From Auanema rhodensis (taxonomy: Eukaryota; Animalia; Nematoda), in the NCBI GenBank assembly GCA_964057225.1, contig CAXKVF010000076.1:558001-622000 (forward strand): a DNA stretch of 64,000 bases. The letters are read 5' to 3'. The position numbers and the translations under genes were made by a program. Numbering within the stretch: position 1 is the stretch's first letter; each line of letters starts with the position of its first letter. Under the pieces are notes generated by a model that worked only from the letters and a program-made list of their open reading frames with translations, ran no database searches and was not told the origin of the DNA. Positions 12,501 to 26,224 of this stretch are shown here, one piece after another.

Positions 12501-13376
12501 TATCAATAAAAATTTGTTTTTAGACTAATATGGACATGGGGAATCTAATTTTGAAAACCGCATCTCTTTATCTTTCACGTGAAGCGAGTTACATACCAAG
12601 TGCACATCACGTGTACATTTAATTAGCATAAATTAAAGTTCACGTAAATTTCAAAGTCATGGTTACCATGCACCAATATCAATAAAAATCTGTTTTTAGA
12701 CTAATATGGACATGGGGAATCTAATTTTGAAAACCGCATCTCTTTATCTTTCACGTGAAGCGAGTTACATACCAAGTGCACATCACGTGTACATTTAATT
12801 AGCATAAATTAAAGTTCACGTAAATTTCAAAGTCATGGTTACCATGCACCAATATCAATAAAAATCTGTTTTTAGACTAATATGGACATGGGGAATCTAA
12901 TTTTGAAAACCGCATCTCTTTATCTTTCACGTGAAGCGAGTTACATACCAAGTGCACATCACGTGTACATTTAATTAGCATAAATTAAAGTTCACGTAAA
13001 TTTCAAAGTCATGGTTACCATGCACCAATATCAATAAAAATTTGTTTTTAGACTAATATGGACATGGGGAATCTAATTTTGAAAACCGCATCTCTTTATC
13101 TTTCACGTGAAGCGAGTTACATACCAAGTGCACATCACGTGTACATTTAATTAGCATAAATTAAAGTTCACGTAAATTTCAAAGTCATGGTTACCATGCA
13201 CCAATATCAATAAAAATTTGTTTTTAGACTAATATGGACATGGGGAATCTAATTTTGAAAACCGCATCTCTTTATCTTTCACGTGAAGCGAGTTACATAC
13301 CAAGTGCACATCACGTGTACATTTAATTAGCATAAATTAAAGTTCACGTAAATTTCAAAGTCATGGTTACCATGCA

Positions 13377-14960
13377 CCAATATCAATAAAAATCTGTTTT
13401 TAGACTAATATGGACATGGGGAATCTAATTTTGAAAACCGCATCTCTTTATCTTTCACGTGAAGCGAGTTACATACCAAGTGCACATCACGTGTACATTT
13501 AATTAGCATAAATTAAAGTTCACGTAAATTTCAAAGTCATGGTTACCATGCACCAATATCAATAAAAATTTGTTTTTAGACTAATATGGACATGGGGAAT
13601 CTAATTTTGAAAACCGCATCTCTTTATCTTTCACGTGAAGCGAGTTACATATCAAGTGCACATCACGTGTACATTTAATTAGCATAAATTAAAGTTCACG
13701 TAAATTTCAAAGTCATGGTTACCATTAACCAATATCAATAAAAATTTGTTTTTAGACTAATATGGACATGGGGAATCTAATTTTGAAAACCGCATCTCTT
13801 TATCTTTCACGTGAAGCGAGTTACATATCAAGTGCACATCACGTGTACATTTAATTAGCATAAATTAAAGTTCACGTAAATTTCAAAGTCATGGTTACCA
13901 TGCACCAATATCAATAAAAATTTGTTTTTAGACTAATATGGACATGGGGAATCTAATTTTGAAAACCGCATCTCTTTATCTTTCACGTGAAGCGAGTTAC
14001 ATACCAAGTGCACATCACGTGTACATTTAATTAGCATAAATTAAAGTTCACGTAAATTTCAAAGTCATGGTTACCATGCACCAATATCAATAAAAATCTG
14101 TTTTTAGACTAATATGGACATGGGGAATCTAATTTTGAAAACCGCATCTCTTTATCTTTCACGTGAAGCGAGTTACATACCAAGTGCACATCACGTGTAC
14201 ATTTAATTAGCATAAATTAAAGTTCACGTAAATTTCAAAGTCATGGTTACCATGCACCAATATCAATAAAAATTTGTTTTTAGACTAATATGGACATGGG
14301 GAATCTAATTTTGAAAACCGCATCTCTTTATCTTTCACGTGAAGCGAGTTACATATCAAGTGCACATCACGTGTACATTTAATTAGCATAAATTAAAGTT
14401 CACGTAAATTTCAAAGTCATGGTTACCATTAACCAATATCAATAAAAATTTGTTTTTAGACTAATATGGACATGGGGAATCTAATTTTGAAAACCGCATC
14501 TCTTTATCTTTCACGTGAAGCGAGTTACATATCAAGTGCACATCACGTGTACATTTAATTAGCATAAATTAAAGTTCACGTAAATTTCAAAGTCATGGTT
14601 ACCATGCACCAATATCAATAAAAATTTGTTTTTAGACTAATATGGACATGGGGAATCTAATTTTGAAAACCGCATCTCTTTATCTTTCACGTGAAGCGAG
14701 TTACATATCAAGTGCACATCACGTGTACATTTAATTAGCATAAATTAAAGTTCACGTAAATTTCAAAGTCATGGTTACCATTAACCAATATCAATAAAAA
14801 TTTGTTTTTAGACTAATATGGACATGGGGAATCTAATTTTGAAAACCGCATCTCTTTATCTTTCACGTGAAGCGAGTTACATATCAAGTGCACATCACGT
14901 GTACATTTAATTAGCATAAATTAAAGTTCACGTAAATTTCAAAGTCATGGTTACCATGCA
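13377..14960 (+). repeat. 4-monomer-period duplication grading into a dimeric repeat
   Basis: T18C at 13394 and 14098 (704 bp); alternating [C100T+G174T+C175A]/[C100T] monomers at 14257-14960. Confidence 0.7.
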
Positions 14961-15840
14961 CCAATATCAATAAAAATTTGTTTTTAGACTAATATGGACA
15001 TGGGGAATCTAATTTTGAAAACCGCATCTCTTAATCTTTCACGTGAAGCGAGTTACATACCAAGTGCACATCACGTGTACATTTAATTAGCATAAATTAA
15101 AGTTCACGTAAATTTCAAAGTCATGGTTACCATGCACCAATATCAATAAAAATTTGTTTTTAGACTAATATGGACATGGGGAATCTAATTTTGAAAACCG
15201 CATCTCTTTATCTTTCACGTGAAGCGAGTTACATACCAAGTGCACATCACGTGTACATTTAATTAGCATAAATTAAAGTTCACGTAAATTTCAAAGTCAT
15301 GGTTACCATGAACCAATATCAATAAAAATTTGTTTTTAGACTAATATGGACATGGGGAATCTAATTTTGAAAACCGCATCACTTTATCTTTCACGTGAAG
15401 CGAGTTACATACCAAGTGCACATCACGTGTACATTTAATTAGCATAAATTAAAGTTCACGTAAATTTCAAAGTCATGGTTACCATGCACCAATATCAATA
15501 AAACTTTGTTTTTAGACTAATATGGACATGGGGAATCTAATTTTGAAAACCGCATCTCTTTATCTTTCACGTGAAGCGAGTTACATACCAAGTGCACATC
15601 ACGTGTACATTTAATTAGCATAAATTAAAGTTCACGTAAATTTCAAAGTCATGGTTACCATGCACCAATATCAATAAAAATCTGTTTTTAGACTAATATG
15701 GACATGGGGAATCTAATTTTGAAAACCGCATCTCTTTATCTTTCACGTGAAGCAAGTTACATACCAAGTGCACATCACGTGTACATTTAATTAGCATAAA
15801 TTAAAGTTCACGTAAATTTCAAAGTCATGGTTACCATGCA

Positions 15841-17248
15841 CCAATATCAATAAAAATTTGTTTTTAGACTAATATGGACATGGGGAATCTAATTTTGAAA
15901 ACCGCATCTCTTTATATTTCACGTGAAGCGAGTTACATACCAAGTGCACATCACGTGTACATTTAATTAGCATAAATTAAAGTTCACGTAAATTTCAAAG
16001 TCATGGTTACCATGAACCAATATCAATAAAAATTTGTTTTTAGACTAATATGGACATGGGGAATCTAATTTTGAAAACCGCATCTCTTTATCTTTCACGT
16101 GAAGCGAGTTACATACCAAGTGCACATCACGTGTACATTTAATTAGCATAAATTAAAGTTCACGTAAATTTCAAAGTCATGGTTACCATGCACCAATATC
16201 AATAAAAATTTGTTTTTAGACTAATATGGACATGGGGAATCTAATTTTGAAAACCGCATCTCTTTATCTTCCACGTGAAGCGAGTTACATACCAAGTGCA
16301 CATCACGTGTACATTTAATTAGCATAAATTAAAGTTCACGTAAATTTCAAAGTCATGGTTACCATGAACCAATATCAATAAAAATTTGTTTTTAGACTAA
16401 TATGTACATGGGGAATCTAATTTTGAAAACCGCATCTCTTTATCTTTCACGTGAAGCGAGTTACATACCAAGTGCACATCACGTGTACATTTAATTAGCA
16501 TAAATTAAAGTTCACGTAAATTTCAAAGTCATGGTTACCATGAACCAATATCAATAAAAATTTGTTTTTAGACTAATATGGACATGGGGAATCTAATTTT
16601 GAAAACCGCATCTCTTTATATTTCACGTGAAGCGAGTTACATACCAAGTGCACATCACGTGTACATTTAATTAGCATAAATTAAAGTTCACGTAAATTTC
16701 AAAGTCATGGTTACCATGAACCAATATCAATAAAAATTTGTTTTTAGACTAATATGGACATGGGGAATCTAATTTTGAAAACCGCATCTCTTTATCTTTC
16801 ACGTGAAGCGAGTTACATACCAAGTGCACATCACGTGTACATTTAATTAGCATAAATTAAAGTTCACGTAAATTTCAAAGTCATGGTTACCATGCACCAA
16901 TATCAATAAAAATTTGTTTTTAGACTAATATGGACATGGGGAATCTAATTTTGAAAACCGCATCTCTTTATCTTCCACGTGAAGCGAGTTACATACCAAG
17001 TGCACATCACGTGTACATTTAATTAGCATAAATTAAAGTTCACGTAAATTTCAAAGTCATGGTTACCATGAACCAATATCAATAAAAATTTGTTTTTAGA
17101 CTAATATGTACATGGGGAATCTAATTTTGAAAACCGCATCTCTTTATCTTTCACGTGAAGCGAGTTACATACCAAGTGCACATCACGTGTACATTTAATT
17201 AGCATAAATTAAAGTTCACGTAAATTTCAAAGTCATGGTTACCATGCA
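15841..17248 (+). repeat. 4-monomer tandem duplication (704 bp)
   Basis: The ordered series C76A / consensus / T79C / G37T occurs twice (C76A at 15916 and 16620; G37T at 16405 and 17109). Confidence 0.8.
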
Positions 17249-20200
17249 CCAATATCAATAAAAATTTGTTTTTAGACTAATATGGACATGGGGAATCTAA
17301 TTTTGAAAACCGCATCTCTTTATCTTTCACGTGAAGCGAGTTACATATCAAGTGCACATCACGTGTACATTTAATTAGCATAAATTAAAGTTCACGTAAA
17401 TTTCAAAGTCATGGTTACCATTAACCAATATCAATAAAAATTTGTTTTTAGACTAATATGGACATGGGGAATCTAATTTTGAAAACCGCATTTCTTTATC
17501 TTTCACGTGAAGCGAGTTACATACCAAGTGCACATCACGTGTACATTTAATTAGCATAAATTAAAGTTCACGTAAATTTCAAAGTCATGGTTACCATGCA
17601 CCAATATCAATAAAAATTTGTTTTTAGACTAATATGGACATGAGGAATCTAATTTTGAAAACCGCATCTCTTTATCTTTCACGTGAAGCGAGTTACATAC
17701 CAAGTGCACATCACGTGTACATTTAATTAGCATAAATTAAAGTTCACGTAAATTTCAAAGTCATGGTTACCATGCACCAATATCAATAAAAATTTGTTTT
17801 TAGACTAATATGGACATGGGGAATCTAATTTTGAAAACCGCATCTCTTTATATTTCACGTGAAGCGAGTTACATACCAAGTGCACATCACGTGTACATTT
17901 AATTAGCATAAATTAAAGTTCACGTAAATTTCAAAGTCATGGTTACCATGCACCAATATCAATAAAAATTTGTTTTTAGACTAATATGGACATGGGGAAT
18001 CTAATTTTGAAAACCGCATCTCTTTATCTTCCACGTGAAGCGAGTTACATACCAAGTGCACATCACGTGTACATTTAATTAGCATAAATTAAAGTTCACG
18101 TAAATTTCAAAGTCATGGTTACCATGAACCAATATCAATAAAAATTTGTTTTTAGACTAATATGGACATGGGGAATCTAATTTTGAAAACCGCATCTCTT
18201 TATCTTCCACGTGAAGCGAGTTACATACCAAGTGCACATCACGTGTACATTTAATTAGCATAAATTAAAGTTCACGTAAATTTCAAAGTCATGGTTACCA
18301 TGAACCAATATCAATAAAAATTTGTTTTTAGACTAATATGGACATGGGGAATCAAAGTTTGAAAACCGCATCTCTTTATCTTTCACGTGAAGCGAGTTAC
18401 ATACCAAGTGCACATCACGTGTACATTTAATTAGCATAAATTAAAGTTCACGTAAATTTCAAAGTCATGGTTACCATGAACCAATATCAATAAAAATTTG
18501 TTTTTAGACTAATATGGACATGGGGAATCTAATTTTGAAAACCGCATCACTTTATCTTTCACGTGAAGCGAGTTACATACCAAGTGCACATCACGTGTAC
18601 ATTTAATTAGCATAAATTAAAGTTCACGTAAATTTCAAAGTCATGGTTACCATGCACCAATATCAATAAAAATTTGTTTTTAGACTAATATGGACATGGG
18701 GAATCTAATTTTGAAAACCGCATCTCTTTATCTTTCACGTGAAGCGAGTTACATACCAAGTGCACATCACGTGTACATTTAATTAGCATAAATTAAAGTT
18801 CACGTAAATTTCAAAGTCATGGTTACCATGCACCAATATCAATAAAAATCTGTTTTTAGACTAATATAGACATGGGGAATCTAATTTTGAAAACCGCATC
18901 TCTTTATCTTTCACGTGAAGCGAGTTACATACCAAGTGCACATCACGTGTACATTTAATTAGCATAAATTAAAGTTCACGTAAATTTCAAAGTCATGGTT
19001 ACCATGCACCAATATCAATAAAAATTTGTTTTTAGACTAATATGGACATGGGGAATCTTATTTTGAAAACCGCATCTCTTTATCTTTCACGTGAAGCGAG
19101 TTACATATCAAGTGCACATCACGTGTACATTTAATTAGCATAAATTAAAGTTCACGTAAATTTCAAAGTCATGGTTACCATTAACCAATATCAATAAAAA
19201 ATTGTTTTTAGACTAATATGGACATGGGGAATCTAATTTTGAAAACCGCATCTCTTTATCTTTCACGTGAAGCGAGTTACATATCAAGTGCACATCACGT
19301 GTACATTTAATTAGCATAAATTAAAGTTCACGTAAATTTCAAAGTCATGGTTACCATGCACCAATATCAATAAAAATTTGTTTTTAGACTAATATGGACA
19401 TGGGGAATCTAATTTTGAAAACCGCATCTCTTTATCTTTCACGTGAAGCGAGTTACATATCAAGTGCACATCACGTGTACATTTAATTAGCATAAATTAA
19501 AGTTCACGTAAATTTCAAAGTCATGGTTACCATTAACCAATATCAATAAAAATTTGTTTTTAGACTAATATGGACATGGGGAATCTAATTTTGAAAACCG
19601 CATCTCTTTATCTTTCACGTGAAGCGAGTTACATATCAAGTGCACATCACGTGTACATTTAATTAGCATAAATTAAAGTTCACGTAAATTTCAAAGTCAT
19701 GGTTACCATGCACCAATATCAATAAAAATTTGTTTTTAGACTAATATGGACATGGGGAATCTAATTTTGAAAACCGCATCTCTTTATCTTTCACGTGAAG
19801 CGAGTTACATATCAAGTGCACATCACGTGTACATTTAATTAGCATAAATTAAAGTTCACGTAAATTTCAAAGTCATGGTTACCATTTACCAATATCAATA
19901 AAAATTTGTTTTTAGACTAATATGGACATGGGGAATCTAATTTTGAAAACCGCATCTCTTTATCTTTCACGTGAAGCGAGTTACATACCAAGTGCACATC
20001 ACGTGTACATTTAATTAGCATAAATTAAAGTTCACGTAAATTTCAAAGTCATGGTTACCATGCACCAATATCAATAAAAATTTGTTTTTAGACTAATATG
20101 GACATGGGGAATCTAATTTTGAAAACCGCATCTCTTTATCTTTCACGTGAAGCGAGTTACATACCAAGTGCACATCACGTGTACATTTAATTAGCATAAA

Positions 20201-22528
20201 TTAAAGTTCACGTAAATTTCAAAGTCATGGTTACCATGAACCAATATCAATAAAAATTTGTTTTTAGACTAATATGGACATGGGGAATCTAATTTTGAAA
20301 ACCGCATCTCTTTATCTTTCACGTGAAGCGAGTTACATACCAAGTGCACATCACGTGTACATTTAATTAGCATAAATTAAAGTTCACGTAAATTTCAAAG
20401 TCATGGTTACCATGCACCAATATCAATAAAAATTTGTTTTTAGACTAATATGGACATGGGGAATCTAATTTTGAAAACCGCATCTCTTTATCTTCCACGT
20501 GAAGCGAGTTACATACCAAGTGCACATCACGTGTACATTTAATTAGCATAAATTAAAGTTCACGTAAATTTCAAAGTCATGGTTACCATGAACCAATATC
20601 AATAAAAATTTGTTTTTAGACTAATATGGACATGGGGAATCTAATTTTGAAAACCGCATCTCTTTATCTTCCACGTGAAGCGAGTTAAATACCAAGTGCA
20701 CATCACGTGTACATTTAATTAGCATAAATTAAAGTTCACGTAAATTTCAAAGTCATGGTTACCATGAACCAATATCAATAAAAATTTGTTTTTAGACTAA
20801 TATGGACATGGGGAATCTAATTTTGAAAACCGCATCTCTTTATCTTCCACGTGAAGCGAGTTACATACCAAGTGCACATCACGTGTACATTTAATTAGCA
20901 TAAATTAAAGTTCACGTAAATTTCAAAGTCATGGTTACCATGAACCAATATCAATAAAAATTTGTTTTTAGACTAATATGGACATGGGGAATCAAAGTTT
21001 GAAAACCGCATCTCTTTATCTTTCACGTGAAGCGAGTTACATACCAAGTGCACATCACGTGTACATTTAATTAGCATAAATTAAAGTTCACGTAAATTTC
21101 AAAGTCACGGTTACCATGAACCAATATCAATAAAAATTTGTTTTTAGACTAATATGGACATGGGGAATCTAATTTTGAAAACCGCATCACTTTATCTTTC
21201 ACGTGAAGCGAGTTACATACCAAGTGCACATCACGTGTACATTTAATTAGCATAAATTAAAGTTCACGTAAATTTCAAAGTCATGGTTACCATGCACCAA
21301 TATCAATAAAAATTTGTTTTTAGACTAATATGGACATGGGGAATCTAATTTTGAAAACCGCATCTCTTTATCTTTCACGTGAAGCGAGTTACATACCAAG
21401 TGCACATCACGTGTACATTTAATTAGCATAAATTAAAGTTCACGTAAATTTCAAAGTCATGGTTACCATGCACCAATATCAATAAAAATCTGTTTTTAGA
21501 CTAATATGGACATGGGGAATCTAATTTTGAAAACCGCATCTCTTTATCTTTCACGTGAAGCGAGTTACATACCAAGTGCACATCACGTGTACATTTAATT
21601 AGCATAAATTAAAGTTCACGTAAATTTCAAAGTCATGGTTACCATGCACCAATATCAATAAAAATTTGTTTTTAGACTAATATGGACATGGGGAATCTAA
21701 TTTTGAAAACCGCATCTCTTTATCTTTCACGTGAAGCGAGTTACATATCAAGTGCACATCACGTGTACATTTAATTAGCATAAATTAAAGTTCACGTAAA
21801 TTTCAAAGTCATGGTTACCATTAACCAATATCAATAAAAATTTGTTTTTAGACTAATATGGACATGGGGAATCTAATTTTGAAAACCGCATCTCTTTATC
21901 TTTCAAGTGAAGCGAGTTACATACCAAGTGCACATCACGTGTACATTTAATTAGCATAAATTAAAGTTCACGTAAATTTCAAAGTCATGGTTACCATGCA
22001 CCAATATCAATAAAAATTTGTTTTTAGACTAATATGGACATGAGGAATCTAATTTTGAAAACCGCATCTCTTTATCTTTCACGTGAAGCGAGTTACATAC
22101 CAAGTGCACATCACGTGTACATTTAATTAGCATAAATTAAAGTTCACGTAAATTTCAAAGTCATGGTTACCATGCACCAATATCAATAAAAATTTGTTTT
22201 TAGACTAATATGGACATGGGGAATCTAATTTTGAAAACCGCATCTCTTTATATTTCACGTGAAGCGAGTTACATACCAAGTGCACATCACGTGTACATTT
22301 AATTAGCATAAATTAAAGTTCACGTAAATTTCAAAGTCATGGTTACCATGAACCAATATCAATAAAAATTTGTTTTTAGACTAATATGGACATGGGGAAT
22401 CTAATTTTGAAAACCGCATCTCTTTATCTTTCACGTGAAGCGAGTTACATACCAAGTGCACATCACGTGTACATTTAATTAGCATAAATTAAAGTTCACG
22501 TAAATTTCAAAGTCATGGTTACCATGCA

Positions 22529-25500
22529 CCAATATCAATAAAAATTTGTTTTTAGACTAATATGGACATGGGGAATCTAATTTTGAAAACCGCATCTCTT
22601 TATCTTCCACGTGAAGCGAGTTACATACCAAGTGCACATCACGTGTACATTTAATTAGCATAAATTAAAGTTCACGTAAATTTCAAAGTCATGGTTACCA
22701 TGCACCAATATCAATAAAAATTTGTTTTTAGACTAATATGTACATGGGGAATCTAATTTTGAAAACCGCATCTCTTTATCTTTCACGTGAAGCGAGTTAC
22801 ATACCAAGTGCACATCACGTGTACATTTAATTAGCATAAATTAAAGTTCACGTAAATTTCAAAGTCATGGTTACCATGCACCAATATCAATAAAAATTTG
22901 TTTTTAGACTAATATGGACATGGGGAATCTAATTTTGAAAACCGCATCTCTTTATCTTTCACGTGAAGCGAGTTACATATCAAGTGCACATCACGTGTAC
23001 ATTTAATTAGCATAAATTAAAGTTCACGTAAATTTCAAAGTCATGGTTACCATTAACCAATATCAATAAAAATTTGTTTTTAGACTAATATGGACATGGG
23101 GAATCTAATTTTGAAAACCGCATCTCTTTATCTTTCACGTGAAGCGAGTTACATATCAAGTGCACATCACGTGTACATTTAATTAGCATAAATTAAAGTT
23201 CACGTAAATTTCAAAGTCATGGTTACCATGAACCAATATCAATAAAAATTTGTTTTTAGACTAATATGGACATGGGGAATCTAATTTTGAAAACCGCATC
23301 TCTTTATCTTTCACGTGAAGCGAGTTACATACCAAGTGCACATCACGTGTACATTTAATTAGCATAAATTAAAGTTCACGTAAATTTCAAAGTCATGGTT
23401 ACCATGAACCAATATCAATAAAAATTTGTTTTTAGACTAATATGGACATGGGGAATCTAATTTTGAAAACCGCATCTCTTTATCTTTCACGTGAAGCGAG
23501 TTACATACCAAGTGCACATCACGTGTACATTTAATTAGCATAAATTAAAGTTCACGTAAATTTCAAAGTCATGGTTACCATGCACCAATATCAATAAAAA
23601 TTTGTTTTTAGACTAATATGGACATGGGGAATCTAATTTTGAAAACCGCATCTCTTTATCTTTCACGTGAAGCGAGTTACATACCAAGTGCACATCACGT
23701 GTACATTTAATTAGCATAAATTAAAGTTCACGTAAATTTCAAAGTCATGGTTACCATGCACCAATATCAATAAAAATTTGTTTTTAGACTAATATGGACA
23801 TGGGGAATCTAATTTTGAAAACCGCATCTCTTTATCTTCCACGTGAAGCGAGTTACATACCAAGTGCACATCACGTGTACATTTAATTAGCATAAATTAA
23901 AGTTCACGTAAATTTCAAAGTCATGGTTACCATGCACCAATATCAATAAAAATTTGTTTTTAGACTAATATGTACATGGGGAATCTAATTTTGAAAACCG
24001 CATCTCTTTATCTTTCACGTGAAGCGAGTTACATACCAAGTGCACATCACGTGTACATTTAATTAGCATAAATTAAAGTTCACGTAAATTTCAAAGTCAT
24101 GGTTACCATGCACCAATATCAATAAAAATTTGTTTTTAGACTAATATGGACATGGGGAATCTAATTTTGAAAACCGCATCTCTTTATCTTTCACGTGAAG
24201 CGAGTTACATATCAAGTGCACATCACGTGTACATTTAATTAGCATAAATTAAAGTTCACGTAAATTTCAAAGTCATGGTTACCATGAACCAATATCAATA
24301 AAAATTTGTTTTTAGACTAATATGGACATGGGGAATCTAATTTTGAAAACCGCATCTCTTTATCTTTCACGTGAAGCGAGTTACATACCAAGTGCACATC
24401 ACGTGTACATTTAATTAGCATAAATTAAAGTTCACGTAAATTTCAAAGTCATGGTTACCATGAACCAATATCAATAAAAATTTGTTTTTAGACTAATATG
24501 GACATGGGGAATCTAATTTTGAAAACCGCATCTCTTTATCTTTCACGTGAAGCGAGTTACATACCAAGTGCACATCACGTGTACATTTAATTAGCATAAA
24601 TTAAAGTTCACGTAAATTTCAAAGTCATGGTTACCATGCACCAATATCAATAAAAATTTGTTTTTAGACTAATATGGACATGGGGAATCTAATTTTGAAA
24701 ACCTCATCTCTTTATCTTCCACGTGAAGCGAGTTACATACCAAGTGCACATCACGTGTACATTTAATTAGCATAAATTAAAGTTCACGTAAATTTCAAAG
24801 TCATGGTTACCATGAACCAATATCAATAAAAATTTGTTTTTAGATTAATATGGACATGGGGAATCTAATTTTGAAAACCGCATCTCTTTATCTTTCACGT
24901 GAAGCGAGTTACATACCAAGTGCACATCACGTGTACATTTAATTAGCATAAATTAAAGTTCACGTAAATTTCAAAGTCATGGTTACCATGCACCAATATC
25001 AATAAAAATTTGTTTTTAGACTAATATGGACATGGGGAATCTAATTTTGAAAACCGCATCTCTTTATCTTCCACGTGAAGCGAGTTACATACCAAGTGCA
25101 CATCACGTGTACATTTAATTAGCATAAATTAAAGTTCACGTAAATTTCAAAGTCATGGTTACCATGCACCAATATCAATAAAAATTTGTTTTTAGACTAA
25201 TATGTACATGGGGAATCTAATTTTGAAAACCGCATCTCTTTATCTTTCACGTGAAGCGAGTTACATACCAAGTGCACATCACGTGTACATTTAATTAGCA
25301 TAAATTAAAGTTCACGTAAATTTCAAAGTCATGGTTACCATGCACCAATATCAATAAAAATTTGTTTTTAGACTAATATGGACATGGGGAATCTAATTTT
25401 GAAAACCGCATCTCTTTATCTTTCACGTGAAGCGAGTTACATATCAAGTGCACATCACGTGTACATTTAATTAGCATAAATTAAAGTTCACGTAAATTTC

Positions 25501-26224
25501 AAAGTCATGGTTACCATTAACCAATATCAATAAAAATTTGTTTTTAGACTAATATGGACATGGGGAATCTAATTTTGAAAACCGCATCTCTTTATCTTTC
25601 ACGTGAAGCGAGTTACATATCAAGTGCACATCACGTGTACATTTAATTAGCATAAATTAAAGTTCACGTAAATTTCAAAGTCATGGTTACCATGAACCAA
25701 TATCAATAAAAATTTGTTTTTAGACTAATATGGACATGGGGAATCTAATTTTGAAAACCGCATCTCTTTATCTTTCACGTGAAGCGAGTTACATACCAAG
25801 TGCACATCACGTGTACATTTAATTAGCATAAATTAAAGTTCACGTAAATTTCAAAGTCATGGTTACCATGAACCAATATCAATAAAAATTTGTTTTTAGA
25901 CTAATATGGACATGGGGAATCTAATTTTGAAAACCGCATCTCTTTATCTTTCACGTGAAGCGAGTTACATACCAAGTGCACATCACGTGTACATTTAATT
26001 AGCATAAATTAAAGTTCACGTAAATTTCAAAGTCATGGTTACCATGAACCAATATCAATAAAAATTTGTTTTTAGACTAATATGGACATGGGGAATCTAA
26101 TTTTGAAAACCGCATCTCTTTATCTTTCACGTGAAGCGAGTTACATACCAAGTGCACATCACGTGTACATTTAATTAGCATAAATTAAAGTTCACGTAAA
26201 TTTCAAAGTCATGGTTACCATGAA
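22529..26224 (+). repeat. 7-monomer-period block (1232 bp), ~3 imperfect copies
   Basis: T79C at 22607, 23839 and 25071, followed by G37T at 22741, 23973 and 25205 and then C100T monomers. Confidence 0.7.
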
